The notes under the pieces: model-generated | Database searches by the model: none | Told to the model about the DNA's origin: nothing | Seen by the model: the letters and a program-made list of their open reading frames with translations, nothing else | In this document: positions 46,890 to 55,102 of the stretch, piece after piece | Layout of the letters: each line of letters opens with the position of its first letter | Position numbering within the stretch: the stretch's first letter is position 1 | From: Kiritimatiellales bacterium | Lineage (GTDB): Bacteria; Verrucomicrobiota; Kiritimatiellia; Kiritimatiellales; Pontiellaceae | Assembly: GCA_003230915.1 (NCBI GenBank) | Contig: QIHI01000055.1 | Location: forward strand, 2,282 to 66,281 | Length of the DNA: 64,000 nt | Direction of reading: 5' to 3' | Made by a program: the position numbers and the translations under genes

Positions 46890-47672
46890 TTAGTCCGACG
46901 AGGTTATTTCGATGTTGTCGATGCAGACCAACCCAAGCTGGCGGAGCGGAGCGTTGAACCCACAGTAGAGTCGGCTCTGGTTCCACATGGATGCGGTTTT
47001 TTTATCTTTCAGTAAATCATGGAAGGCGAGGCGAGCGATGATTTCGTAGTCGCTATTTCTGATTTCTACATAGGATTCAAACGCATCTGGTTCTAGAAGT
47101 TTTTTTGTGATCAGGGTGAAATGCATCCAATTCGATATGGCGATCTCATCGCCTTCGGATCGCTCGACGACCGTATCGGCTACGATGCCATCGATTTCTT
47201 TCCAGACTGGAAGACCGCCGCTGAGTTTCCACGTTCCGCCAGGTTCGGCCTCCAAGCGGATTTCCCACCGGGTCTTTGGTGAGAGGTAGGCATTTCCAAT
47301 AAAAACGGTTAGCACTGGCTTATTTCCGGCTAGTTCTTGCGCGGTGATTCCGACTCTGAAATCAAAGTCCATGCTCCAGGTTTGGCCCGGCATCCAGCGG
47401 AGACCATCGGGCCCTACCACTCTTGAAACTTCATCGGAAAGTTGAATCACCAGTGCCTTGTCGCCTGCGGTTTCGGTCGGGCCAAGCTCATCAAAAATCG
47501 ACACCGCCGACTTGCCGGGGCGTTTGCGCAAGATCTTCCAACCGTTTTGGCCATTAAGTTGGCCGTCGATAAACGTGTTGAAATCATATTTAACGGTTTC
47601 CCTGGCAGCGTCTGTTGCGCAGAGAAACAGTCCGAAAGCACCTATCAGCAAACCTAGTTTTCCCACTTTCAT
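46890..47672 (-). CDS. Exported hypothetical protein with a probable beta-sandwich (jelly-roll/CBM-like) fold
   Basis: Signal peptide; YDF...GQLNGQNGW N-terminus and CIDNIEI C-terminus; Trp-rich beta pattern. AGGGG RBS. Confidence 0.7.
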   Translation of the reverse strand: MKVGKLGLLIGAFGLFLCATDAARETVKYDFNTFIDGQLNGQNGWKILRKRPGKSAVSIFDELGPTETAGDKALVIQLSDEVSRVVGPDGLRWMPGQTWSMDFDFRVGITAQELAGNKPVLTVFIGNAYLSPKTRWEIRLEAEPGGTWKLSGGLPVWKEIDGIVADTVVERSEGDEIAISNWMHFTLITKKLLEPDAFESYVEIRNSDYEIIARLAFHDLLKDKKTASMWNQSRLYCGFNAPLRQLGLVCIDNIEITSSD

Positions 47673-47731
47673 TTGAATACCCCTATTCAACGAAACTTTA
47701 AGTTTATAAAAAAATTCATAGCGAGCATATA

Positions 47732-47748
47732 AGCAATTTGCTTGCCAA
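47732..47748 (-). promoter_or_regulatory. Sigma54 (-24/-12) promoter
   Basis: The minus strand reads TTGGCAAGCAAATTGCT (GG-N10-GC), 60 nt upstream of the ATG at 47672. Confidence 0.6.
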
Positions 47749-47826
47749 TATCTAGATGCGCCGAAAAGGAATAAGGCTTTCTCACTCCGCCTTGAGAGGG
47801 ATCGTGGGGCTACGGGGCGCGTGCTA

Positions 47827-48366
47827 TTACCGAATAAGCTGGAGGAATTCGTTGCGGGTCGATTGGTCGCGCCGGAAGCTGCCGAGCATGGCCGATGTAA
47901 TCATGCAGGAGTTTTGCTTTTCCACACCACGCATCATCATGCACAGGTGCTGTGCTTCAATCACCACACCGACGCCCTCGGGGGCAATGGTTTCCATGAT
48001 TGAGCTGGCCACTTCGTTGGTGAGCCGCTCCTGGATCTGAAGGCGGCGGGCGAAGAGGTCGACGATCCGTGCGAGTTTGCTGACACCGAGTACCTTGCCT
48101 TCGGGGATATAGCCGATATGACATTTCCCGAAGAAAGGCAGTATGTGGTGTTCGCAGAGACTGTATAGCTCGATGTCCTTTACGATAATCATATGGTTGT
48201 CTTCGACGGTGAAGACGGCATCGTTGACCACATCTTCGAGTTTTTGGCGATAGCCTTGAGTAAGGAAATCCATTGCTTTTGCAGCGCGGTCGGGAGTATC
48301 GAGCAGTCCTTCGCGATCGGGTTCTTCGCCAATTTTTGAAAGCAGGTCTTTGTAGAGTTTGTTCAT
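47827..48366 (-). CDS. folE: GTP cyclohydrolase I
   Basis: [44 protein letters not shown]. Confidence 0.96.
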   Translation of the reverse strand: MNKLYKDLLSKIGEEPDREGLLDTPDRAAKAMDFLTQGYRQKLEDVVNDAVFTVEDNHMIIVKDIELYSLCEHHILPFFGKCHIGYIPEGKVLGVSKLARIVDLFARRLQIQERLTNEVASSIMETIAPEGVGVVIEAQHLCMMMRGVEKQNSCMITSAMLGSFRRDQSTRNEFLQLIR

Positions 48367-48393
48367 TAAATTCTCCGATTAATTGGCCAGAAG

Positions 48394-50076
48394 CTATGCT
48401 TTCCGGCGCAAGCGTGCAAGTACGATTACGCCTTCAGCCACCATCCAAATCTGTAGCAGGGTAATGACCATACCCATACCGAAAAGGAGCCACTCAGCCT
48501 TGGTATAAAAATCGACGAGATTGATCTTCATGGCCCAACCGGTCATGGCAATCATGAAGATCATGGGAATGGACGTGTAGAAGGTTGGGATTTTTTTCTT
48601 GGCGAGCCAGACGGTGATGACGAGTAGGGCAAGGCCAGCGAGCAGTTGATTGACGGCTCCAAAAAGGGGCCACAGCGCAAGCGCACCCTTTCCGCCTCCG
48701 CTTGAAAAGGCCAGCAGTAGTGCCGTAATGACGGCGATGAAGGTGGCTGGGTGCTTTTTGCCGAGGGCGGGGACTTTGCAGCTTACGGCGATCTCGGCCA
48801 CAATATAGCGCTGAATGCGCGTGGCGGTATCGAGTGTTGTGGCAGCAAAGGATGCAACGAATACGCCCATGAGGGTGATGACCCATTCGCGCGGCAGTCC
48901 ATGTCCGGAAATCATATTGGCTGCACCGGTCACGAACGCGGCAATCTTTGCGCCGAGGCCTTCGGCGGACTGCCAACTGGCATATTGCTGGGTAAAAGCC
49001 TCTGTGCCGGTGTAAGTGATGCCTGCCTTTTCTAGCCCGAGGCCAATACCCGCGCCACAGGCGATCAGTACGATGACCGCCAGCAGACCTTCAAGCAACA
49101 TGCCGCCGTAGCTGATGCCTTGGGCACTGCCTTCCGAGTCGCATTGTTTCGACGAAGTGCCGGAGGAGACGAGACAGTGGAAACCGGAAATGGCTCCGCA
49201 GGCAACGGTAATGAAGAGCAGGGGAAAAATGGCAGGTGCGCCTTCGGGATGCCAATTAACGGCGGGTGCCACCATCGGCGGGTGCGTGACGACGATGCCG
49301 AGTAGCAGAAGTCCCATTGTGATGCAGAGCTGTAAAGCGTTGATGTAGTCGCGTGGTTGCAACAGAACAGTGACGGGTAAGGTGGAGGCGGCGTAGGCAT
49401 AAATGAGGAGTAGCACCACCCACGTTCCAACGCTCAGAGTGGGAAGCAGGTCGGAGGTATACGCCCCGATACCGATTGTGGCATACATTAGCGTCGTGGC
49501 AATGAGGCCGAAGATGATGTGCGACTTGCCTTTTTTATAGACGATGAAGCCGAGCCAAATCGCGATCGGTAGCTGGAGCCACACGGGAATCACGGACTCC
49601 GGAAAAATGCTAAAAACGGAGGCAATTACCACGCCAAAAATGGCGATGACGATCCAGAGCGCGAAGAAGATGATTAGCATGAACAGGAATTTAACGCGTG
49701 GACCGATAATCTCGCCGGCCAAGTCGCCGATGGAGCGTCCCTCGTTGCGTAGTGAGATGATCATCGATCCAAAGTCGTGCACCGCGCCCATGAAAATAGA
49801 GCCGACGAGGATCCAAATCAGCGCCGGTACCCATCCCCAAATGATGGCGATCGCAGGCCCCACAATTGGCCCCGTCCCGGCAATCGACGTAAAGTGGTGG
49901 CCGAATAGAACCAGCTTGTCCGTAGCCACAAAATCAACCCCGTCATGGTGTGTTTCACTCGGGCATTTATTGGAGGGATCGACCTTGAAAATCTTCTTCG
50001 CCAGAAAGCGGCCATAGGTGTTGCAGGCCACGAGGTAGAGGGTTGCGGAAACCAGTACGATGACTAATGAATTCAT
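48394..50076 (-). CDS. cstA: Carbon starvation protein A family transporter
   Basis: GHHFTSIAGTGPIVGP, GAVHDFG, LQPRDY, ACGAISGFH, TTLDTATR, LWPLFGAVNQLLA. Confidence 0.92.
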   Translation of the reverse strand: MNSLVIVLVSATLYLVACNTYGRFLAKKIFKVDPSNKCPSETHHDGVDFVATDKLVLFGHHFTSIAGTGPIVGPAIAIIWGWVPALIWILVGSIFMGAVHDFGSMIISLRNEGRSIGDLAGEIIGPRVKFLFMLIIFFALWIVIAIFGVVIASVFSIFPESVIPVWLQLPIAIWLGFIVYKKGKSHIIFGLIATTLMYATIGIGAYTSDLLPTLSVGTWVVLLLIYAYAASTLPVTVLLQPRDYINALQLCITMGLLLLGIVVTHPPMVAPAVNWHPEGAPAIFPLLFITVACGAISGFHCLVSSGTSSKQCDSEGSAQGISYGGMLLEGLLAVIVLIACGAGIGLGLEKAGITYTGTEAFTQQYASWQSAEGLGAKIAAFVTGAANMISGHGLPREWVITLMGVFVASFAATTLDTATRIQRYIVAEIAVSCKVPALGKKHPATFIAVITALLLAFSSGGGKGALALWPLFGAVNQLLAGLALLVITVWLAKKKIPTFYTSIPMIFMIAMTGWAMKINLVDFYTKAEWLLFGMGMVITLLQIWMVAEGVIVLARLRRKA

Positions 50077-50175
50077 TTTTATTTTCCGGGACGTTCCTGG
50101 AACAGCCAGGTTGAGTTCTTATCCAAAACAGTGAAAGATATATCAAGTCCGGTGAAGATATGAGAGCCGAAATGA

Positions 50176-50387
50176 TTGATGATCTTGAACGTGAAGACCG
50201 GATTATAAGGAGGGCGATCTCCTCTTCTTTGGTTCGAATCGTCTATTCGTTTCTCTAGAACTGGGCGTAACATCTCTCCGATCACCATTTGTTAAGCTTG
50301 TCGGGCACAGTTGAATACGGCTTGAGTTTATCCACCGCTCCTGATAGTCGAAGAGCATCGCATCTTGGCTGTGATTTTTATATTCAT
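50176..50387 (-). mobile_element. Degenerate IS5-family transposase N-terminal remnant (two frameshifts)
   Basis: Joined frames give MLFDYQER/VDKLKPYSTVPDKLNK/VIGEMLRPVLEKRIDDSNQRRGDRPPYNPVFTFKII, matching the IS5/DUF772 pattern F-D..R..KL....LE.L...I.WE.FRP.L...GRPPYD.V.MFKI. Confidence 0.65.
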
Positions 50388-50471
50388 AAGAGATATGACT
50401 CCTCCTCTTCTGTCTTAAACTCAAATGTCCGGCTAAAACTCGGGTTAATTATGATATTACTAAGTCTTGTA

Positions 50472-51488
50472 TTATTTCTGCGGTGCGATGCAGAGGAGGC
50501 GGGTTTGTCCGTCAGGAGTAGTATCAAAGCTGATAGAACCGTTAACCTGATTGGCATGATGTTGCATTAGCTCTATGCCTAGCCCTAATTCTGGTTGCAC
50601 AGGCATAGGCCTCCCATTATTTACCACGGTCAGGTAATAGGCATTTTCTTTTAGTTCGAGACGGATTCGCACCAAATCCGCCTTTGCATGGCGTATGGCA
50701 TTTGAGACGGCTTCGTGGGTAATGCGGTATAACTGATATTGAAGGAATTTAGGAAAACTTCCATATTCGCTTCCAAAGTCTAACTCAAAATCAGTCCCAG
50801 CGGTATCCCGGAAATTATCGGCCAGTTTCTGTATTGAAGAATTAAATATTGTTTGATCATTGGTGATAAAAGGATCAACAAACTCAAGATTTTGGATAAG
50901 GGCGATACTTTTCTTTGTTAAGTTGTTCAGGCGGGTTGCTTCGACGGATTCTGATCTGCCTTCGGCAATTAGACGGATTACAAGGGCTTCACTTTCTTTC
51001 AGCATGTTGGACAAGGATTCACCAAGGTCTTTTAGCAACGTTTGGTTTAACAAAGCCTGTATCTCTTCGTGATTTTCAATAATATAGTGGCGTAGTCGGT
51101 TCAATTCTTGTGTACGCATTTTAACTTTTTTCTCAAGTAGCGCATTTAAGTGATCCAGCTGATCTTTTGCGGATTTTAGCAAAGCAATCATTCCGGAGAT
51201 AAAGAGCTGGGTTATAATACCAAAAAGATTGAAGGCTTCGCTCCAAATGACGGGGTTGTTGGAGGAATATACAAGCATGACGTAATGGTAGGGAATGGTA
51301 AGTAAAGTTGTGAATAACCATCCTGGATAGCGGTACAGCCACGCTCCAACTATTGATAAGGCAATGGAAAACAGCATGACAGTTATGCCGAATATAGGGA
51401 AAACAAGTAGTGTAAGCAGAATATATATCAACCATGCGGAAGCATAGACGGTAAATTTTCGGGGTCTTATGTTTCTGCCTTCAAGCAC
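50472..51488 (-). CDS. Membrane HisKA_3-type sensor kinase homologue lacking the phosphoacceptor His
   Basis: N-terminal TMs, coiled coil, H-box reads TLLKDLGE, CA domain EAVSNAIRHA / VVNNG / GLGIELM. Probable GTG start at 51488 overlaps the upstream stop. Confidence 0.8.
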   Translation of the reverse strand: MLEGRNIRPRKFTVYASAWLIYILLTLLVFPIFGITVMLFSIALSIVGAWLYRYPGWLFTTLLTIPYHYVMLVYSSNNPVIWSEAFNLFGIITQLFISGMIALLKSAKDQLDHLNALLEKKVKMRTQELNRLRHYIIENHEEIQALLNQTLLKDLGESLSNMLKESEALVIRLIAEGRSESVEATRLNNLTKKSIALIQNLEFVDPFITNDQTIFNSSIQKLADNFRDTAGTDFELDFGSEYGSFPKFLQYQLYRITHEAVSNAIRHAKADLVRIRLELKENAYYLTVVNNGRPMPVQPELGLGIELMQHHANQVNGSISFDTTPDGQTRLLCIAPQK

Positions 51489-52494
51489 AGGATGCCGTTT
51501 CCCTGTACGCGTGGTTATACGGAACTTGGCATTCAATAATAGTCTTGTTGTCAAAGTTATGAATGGTTAGGTGTCCTTTTATCTGTTTCGCTCTGTAGCG
51601 CATTAATTCCGATTCCATGTTACCCTTTATCAGATTGGTTTCATCACTTTCAATGCGAAGGAGGTAGCTTCCGTGGTTGCCGAAAAGAGCGATGTTAATT
51701 TGGCTGGAGGTCCCGTACCGCAGGGCACTCAAAATTCCCTCATAAGTGATACGGTAGAGGTGAAGAATCGTCTGATCCGATAGATGTTGGTGGAAATTAT
51801 CCAGTTGAACATCGAATTTTAGGCCGGTGGTTTCGGTGAAATAGGAGGTGAGTTCATTTAGAGCCGCTTCAAAACCGGTTACCGAAATTCTTACGGGAAA
51901 GAGGATCCTGGAAGCTTTTCGGGCAAGATGAAGGTTTTTTTTTGCGCTTTCTGCTAAGGCGGAAGCTCGAGCTGCCTCCTCTGATTTGTTGTCGTGTAAC
52001 TCGGTCTCCAGCGAACTGCTGTACAATAATACTCCTGTAAGATATTGACCCAACCCATTGTGGATATTATGAGCTAGATTAATCCTCAAGGTTTCATCCT
52101 CAGAGATCAATCGGGTTGTAAGCACATCGAGCTCATGCGTACGTTCATTTGCTTTTTGGTCGAGTAGAGTCGAAAAATTCTTTGCTTGATCTCTCATCCG
52201 TTTAGTTGTTCCGGAGATAATAGCGACAAGTATCCCAATGCCCGTTCCAAAAGCTTTTGTCTGATAGGTTTCTAAAGTATCTCCATTATGGTCTAGCAGG
52301 AAATAAAGGTAAGGCTCAAGGCATAGTACGATCAGTAAACTGACTCTAACTCCATATAGCCACCCGCCAATGGCCACCAATAATACAGAGGGAATCATGA
52401 TGCTGGTTTTATAGACGGGAAACCAATGAAAGCAAAACACTAGATACAAAAACCATACTAGCGCATATAGAATATGTTTGAGTACTGTCACCAT
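51481..52494 (-). CDS. Membrane HisKA_3-type sensor kinase homologue with a degenerate ATP-binding domain
   Basis: N-terminal TMs, H-box AHNIHNGLGQYL, CA domain EGILSALRYG / IESDETN / NMESELMRYRA. Confidence 0.8.
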   Translation of the reverse strand: MVTVLKHILYALVWFLYLVFCFHWFPVYKTSIMIPSVLLVAIGGWLYGVRVSLLIVLCLEPYLYFLLDHNGDTLETYQTKAFGTGIGILVAIISGTTKRMRDQAKNFSTLLDQKANERTHELDVLTTRLISEDETLRINLAHNIHNGLGQYLTGVLLYSSSLETELHDNKSEEAARASALAESAKKNLHLARKASRILFPVRISVTGFEAALNELTSYFTETTGLKFDVQLDNFHQHLSDQTILHLYRITYEGILSALRYGTSSQINIALFGNHGSYLLRIESDETNLIKGNMESELMRYRAKQIKGHLTIHNFDNKTIIECQVPYNHAYRETASCA

Positions 52495-52637
52495 TCATAA
52501 TCTACCAAAAGGGAATATCGTTAACCACTTTTTTGTAAATATGATGACAGCATAGATAGTTCAAATATTCCTGATCGACTAATTAAGACCAAATTCCGGT
52601 TGTGGCGGATAGGGCGTTTATCTAGAATGCACGAATT

Positions 52638-53720
52638 ATGAAAAAAACGCCGCTGCATGGGCAGCATATCGAACTCGGTGCTCGTATGGGTGAATTCGGC
52701 GGATGGGATATGCCCATCCAGTACGCTGGCATTCTTCAGGAACACCACCACACACGCACAAAAGCTTCAATTTTTGATATTTGCCATATGGGCGAATTTG
52801 AACTTAGTGGTTCAACTGCCTCCAATGACTTAGAACGGTTACTCACCTGCAACATCACATCTATAGCCATCGGACAAGTACGCTACGGCTTTATGCTTAA
52901 TGACGAGGGCGGGGTGATCGACGATCTTACCTGCTACCGTCTCGACACCGACCGCTACATGCTCGTCGTCAATGCCGGTACGGCTGGTGTCGATGCCAAA
53001 TGGATCCAAAGCCATGTTTCTGCAGAAACGCAATTTACCGACCTCTCGCCCTCCATGGCTAAGCTCGATGTGCAAGGCCCAGAATCACGCAACGTATTAG
53101 AGGATGTTTTTGGCTGCCCGTTACCCGAACTTGGTTATTTCCGCTTTAAGGAGTTTCAGGCCATGGATGCCTCCTGCATTCTCAGTCGCACGGGCTATAC
53201 CGGTGAATTAGGCTACGAAATCTATCTCCCCACTAAAGCTGTCAGCCGATTCTGGGACAAGCTTCTCGAACACGATCTATGCGAACCCAGCGGACTCGGC
53301 GCGCGCGATACGCTTCGCCTTGAAATGGGCTATCCACTCTACGGCCAAGAGCTTTCCGCCGCCCGTACCCCTGTTGCCACTTCGCGAGGGGCTTTCATCG
53401 ACCTAAAAAAAGAATTTGTCGGGAAAGCCCATATTCAAAGCGATATCGATGATCCCTCGGTGCAGTTGATTGGCTTGGTCTTTAACTCTAAGCGAGCTGC
53501 CCGCGAGCACGACAAGATTTATTTTGATGGGATTAAAATTGGCGAAGTCACCAGCGGATCTCTCGCCCCTAGTCTTGGCGTGGCTGTGGCCATGGCCTTT
53601 GTCGAATTCGAATTCTCTGAACTGGGCAGAGAACTCCAGGTCGAGATTCGCGGGAAACAATTTCCGGCAACGGTGGTTAAGCTGCCATTCTACGCGAATG
53701 GAACCGCCCGCGGTGGATGA
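52638..53720 (+). CDS. gcvT: Glycine cleavage system T protein
   Basis: KTPLH, FGGWDMPIQY, FDICHMGE, SRTGYTGELGYE, LGARDTLRLEMG. Confidence 0.96.
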   Translation: MKKTPLHGQHIELGARMGEFGGWDMPIQYAGILQEHHHTRTKASIFDICHMGEFELSGSTASNDLERLLTCNITSIAIGQVRYGFMLNDEGGVIDDLTCYRLDTDRYMLVVNAGTAGVDAKWIQSHVSAETQFTDLSPSMAKLDVQGPESRNVLEDVFGCPLPELGYFRFKEFQAMDASCILSRTGYTGELGYEIYLPTKAVSRFWDKLLEHDLCEPSGLGARDTLRLEMGYPLYGQELSAARTPVATSRGAFIDLKKEFVGKAHIQSDIDDPSVQLIGLVFNSKRAAREHDKIYFDGIKIGEVTSGSLAPSLGVAVAMAFVEFEFSELGRELQVEIRGKQFPATVVKLPFYANGTARGG

Positions 53721-53739
53721 CCAAAGAGAAAGATAAGCT

Positions 53740-55089
53740 ATGAAAAAAACACCATTTTGTGCGACAAGTGAACAGGATCAAGAGGCGATGTTCCAAACCT
53801 TAGGTATCGCAGATTTCGACGCACTCTTTGAGGCTATTCCCGATGAACTCCGCTCCGATGAGCTGGACATTCCAGAAGGCCTCTCTGAAATGGAGGTGAT
53901 GCAGCATGTCCGAAAACTCGCCTCGAAAAACTCCACCGACCTTGTGAACTTTTGTGGCGCGGGATTCTACGACCACTACATTCCAGCGGCAGTCGATGCA
54001 CTCTCCAGCCGCGGTGAGTTTTATACCGCCTATACGCCGTACCAACCGGAGGCATCCCAAGGCACTCTTCAGGCCGCATTTGAATACCAGACCGCCATCT
54101 GCCGCCTCACCGATATGGAAGTCGCCAACGCCTCGTTGTTCGATGGTGGAACGGCACTGATCGAAGGCATCATGATGGCTCTGCGTCAAACGCGCCGAAA
54201 CAAGGTTCTGGTCGATACCGGCGTAAACCCGATCTACCGTGAAATGCTGCGGTGCTACACCCGGAATATTTCGATCGATTATGAGGAGGTTCAGATCTCG
54301 AATAACGGCCTTGCCGACCGTGCCGCCTATGCAGATGTCCTTAATGATTCCGTAGGTGCCGTCGTTTTGCAGAACCCCAATTTCTTCGGATGCCTCGATA
54401 ACTTGACAGAACTGATCGACTCCATCCACGAAGTCAAGGCACTGGCCATCATGTCAGTCTATCCCATGGCTCTTTCGCACGTTGAAACACCCGGTGCGAT
54501 GGGCGCGGATATCGTGACCGGGGAGGGGCAGAGCCTTGGATTGCCGCTCAATTTTGGCGGCCCCTACCTTGGTTTCATGGCCACCAAAAAGAAATATGTG
54601 CGCAAGATGCCGGGCCGTATTGTGGGTGAAACCGAAGATGGCCAAGGCCGGCGCGGCTATGTGCTAACCTTGCAAGCGCGCGAGCAACATATTCGCCGCG
54701 AAAAGGCCACGTCCAATATTTGCAGCAACGTCCAGCTCTGCGCGCTACGCGCCATCATCTATCTCTCACTCGTCGGCCGCGAGGGTTTTCTTGATGTCGG
54801 CCATCAGTGCATGGATCGCGCAAACTACGCTTGGCACAAACTCATGGCCATCGAGGGCATTGAACCCGCCTTTAACCGCCGCTTCTTCAACGAATTTGCC
54901 ATCCGCCTTCCGAAGGATGCCTCGGAAGTGGTCAGTACACTCGTCGATCAAGGGATCGCCGCAGGCTTTCCCGCTAGCCGGTACTATGACGGTATGGAAA
55001 ATATTCTCTTACTCGCCTTCACCGAAAAGCGAACCAAAGAGGAAATCGATATTATGGTCACCAAGCTGGAGAGTGCTTTAAAAGCTTAA
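53740..55089 (+). CDS. gcvPA: Glycine dehydrogenase subunit 1
   Basis: FYTAYTPYQPEASQGTL, NASLFDG, GGPYLG, QAREQHIRREKATSNIC. Confidence 0.95.
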   Translation: MKKTPFCATSEQDQEAMFQTLGIADFDALFEAIPDELRSDELDIPEGLSEMEVMQHVRKLASKNSTDLVNFCGAGFYDHYIPAAVDALSSRGEFYTAYTPYQPEASQGTLQAAFEYQTAICRLTDMEVANASLFDGGTALIEGIMMALRQTRRNKVLVDTGVNPIYREMLRCYTRNISIDYEEVQISNNGLADRAAYADVLNDSVGAVVLQNPNFFGCLDNLTELIDSIHEVKALAIMSVYPMALSHVETPGAMGADIVTGEGQSLGLPLNFGGPYLGFMATKKKYVRKMPGRIVGETEDGQGRRGYVLTLQAREQHIRREKATSNICSNVQLCALRAIIYLSLVGREGFLDVGHQCMDRANYAWHKLMAIEGIEPAFNRRFFNEFAIRLPKDASEVVSTLVDQGIAAGFPASRYYDGMENILLLAFTEKRTKEEIDIMVTKLESALKA

Positions 55090-55102
55090 TGAGAATTTTA
55101 TA

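Noticed and set aside
52495-52637. Glycine riboswitch upstream of gcvT
   Set aside because: No GGAGA...CCGAAG...CTCTCAGG aptamer core, and the region is short and AT-rich.
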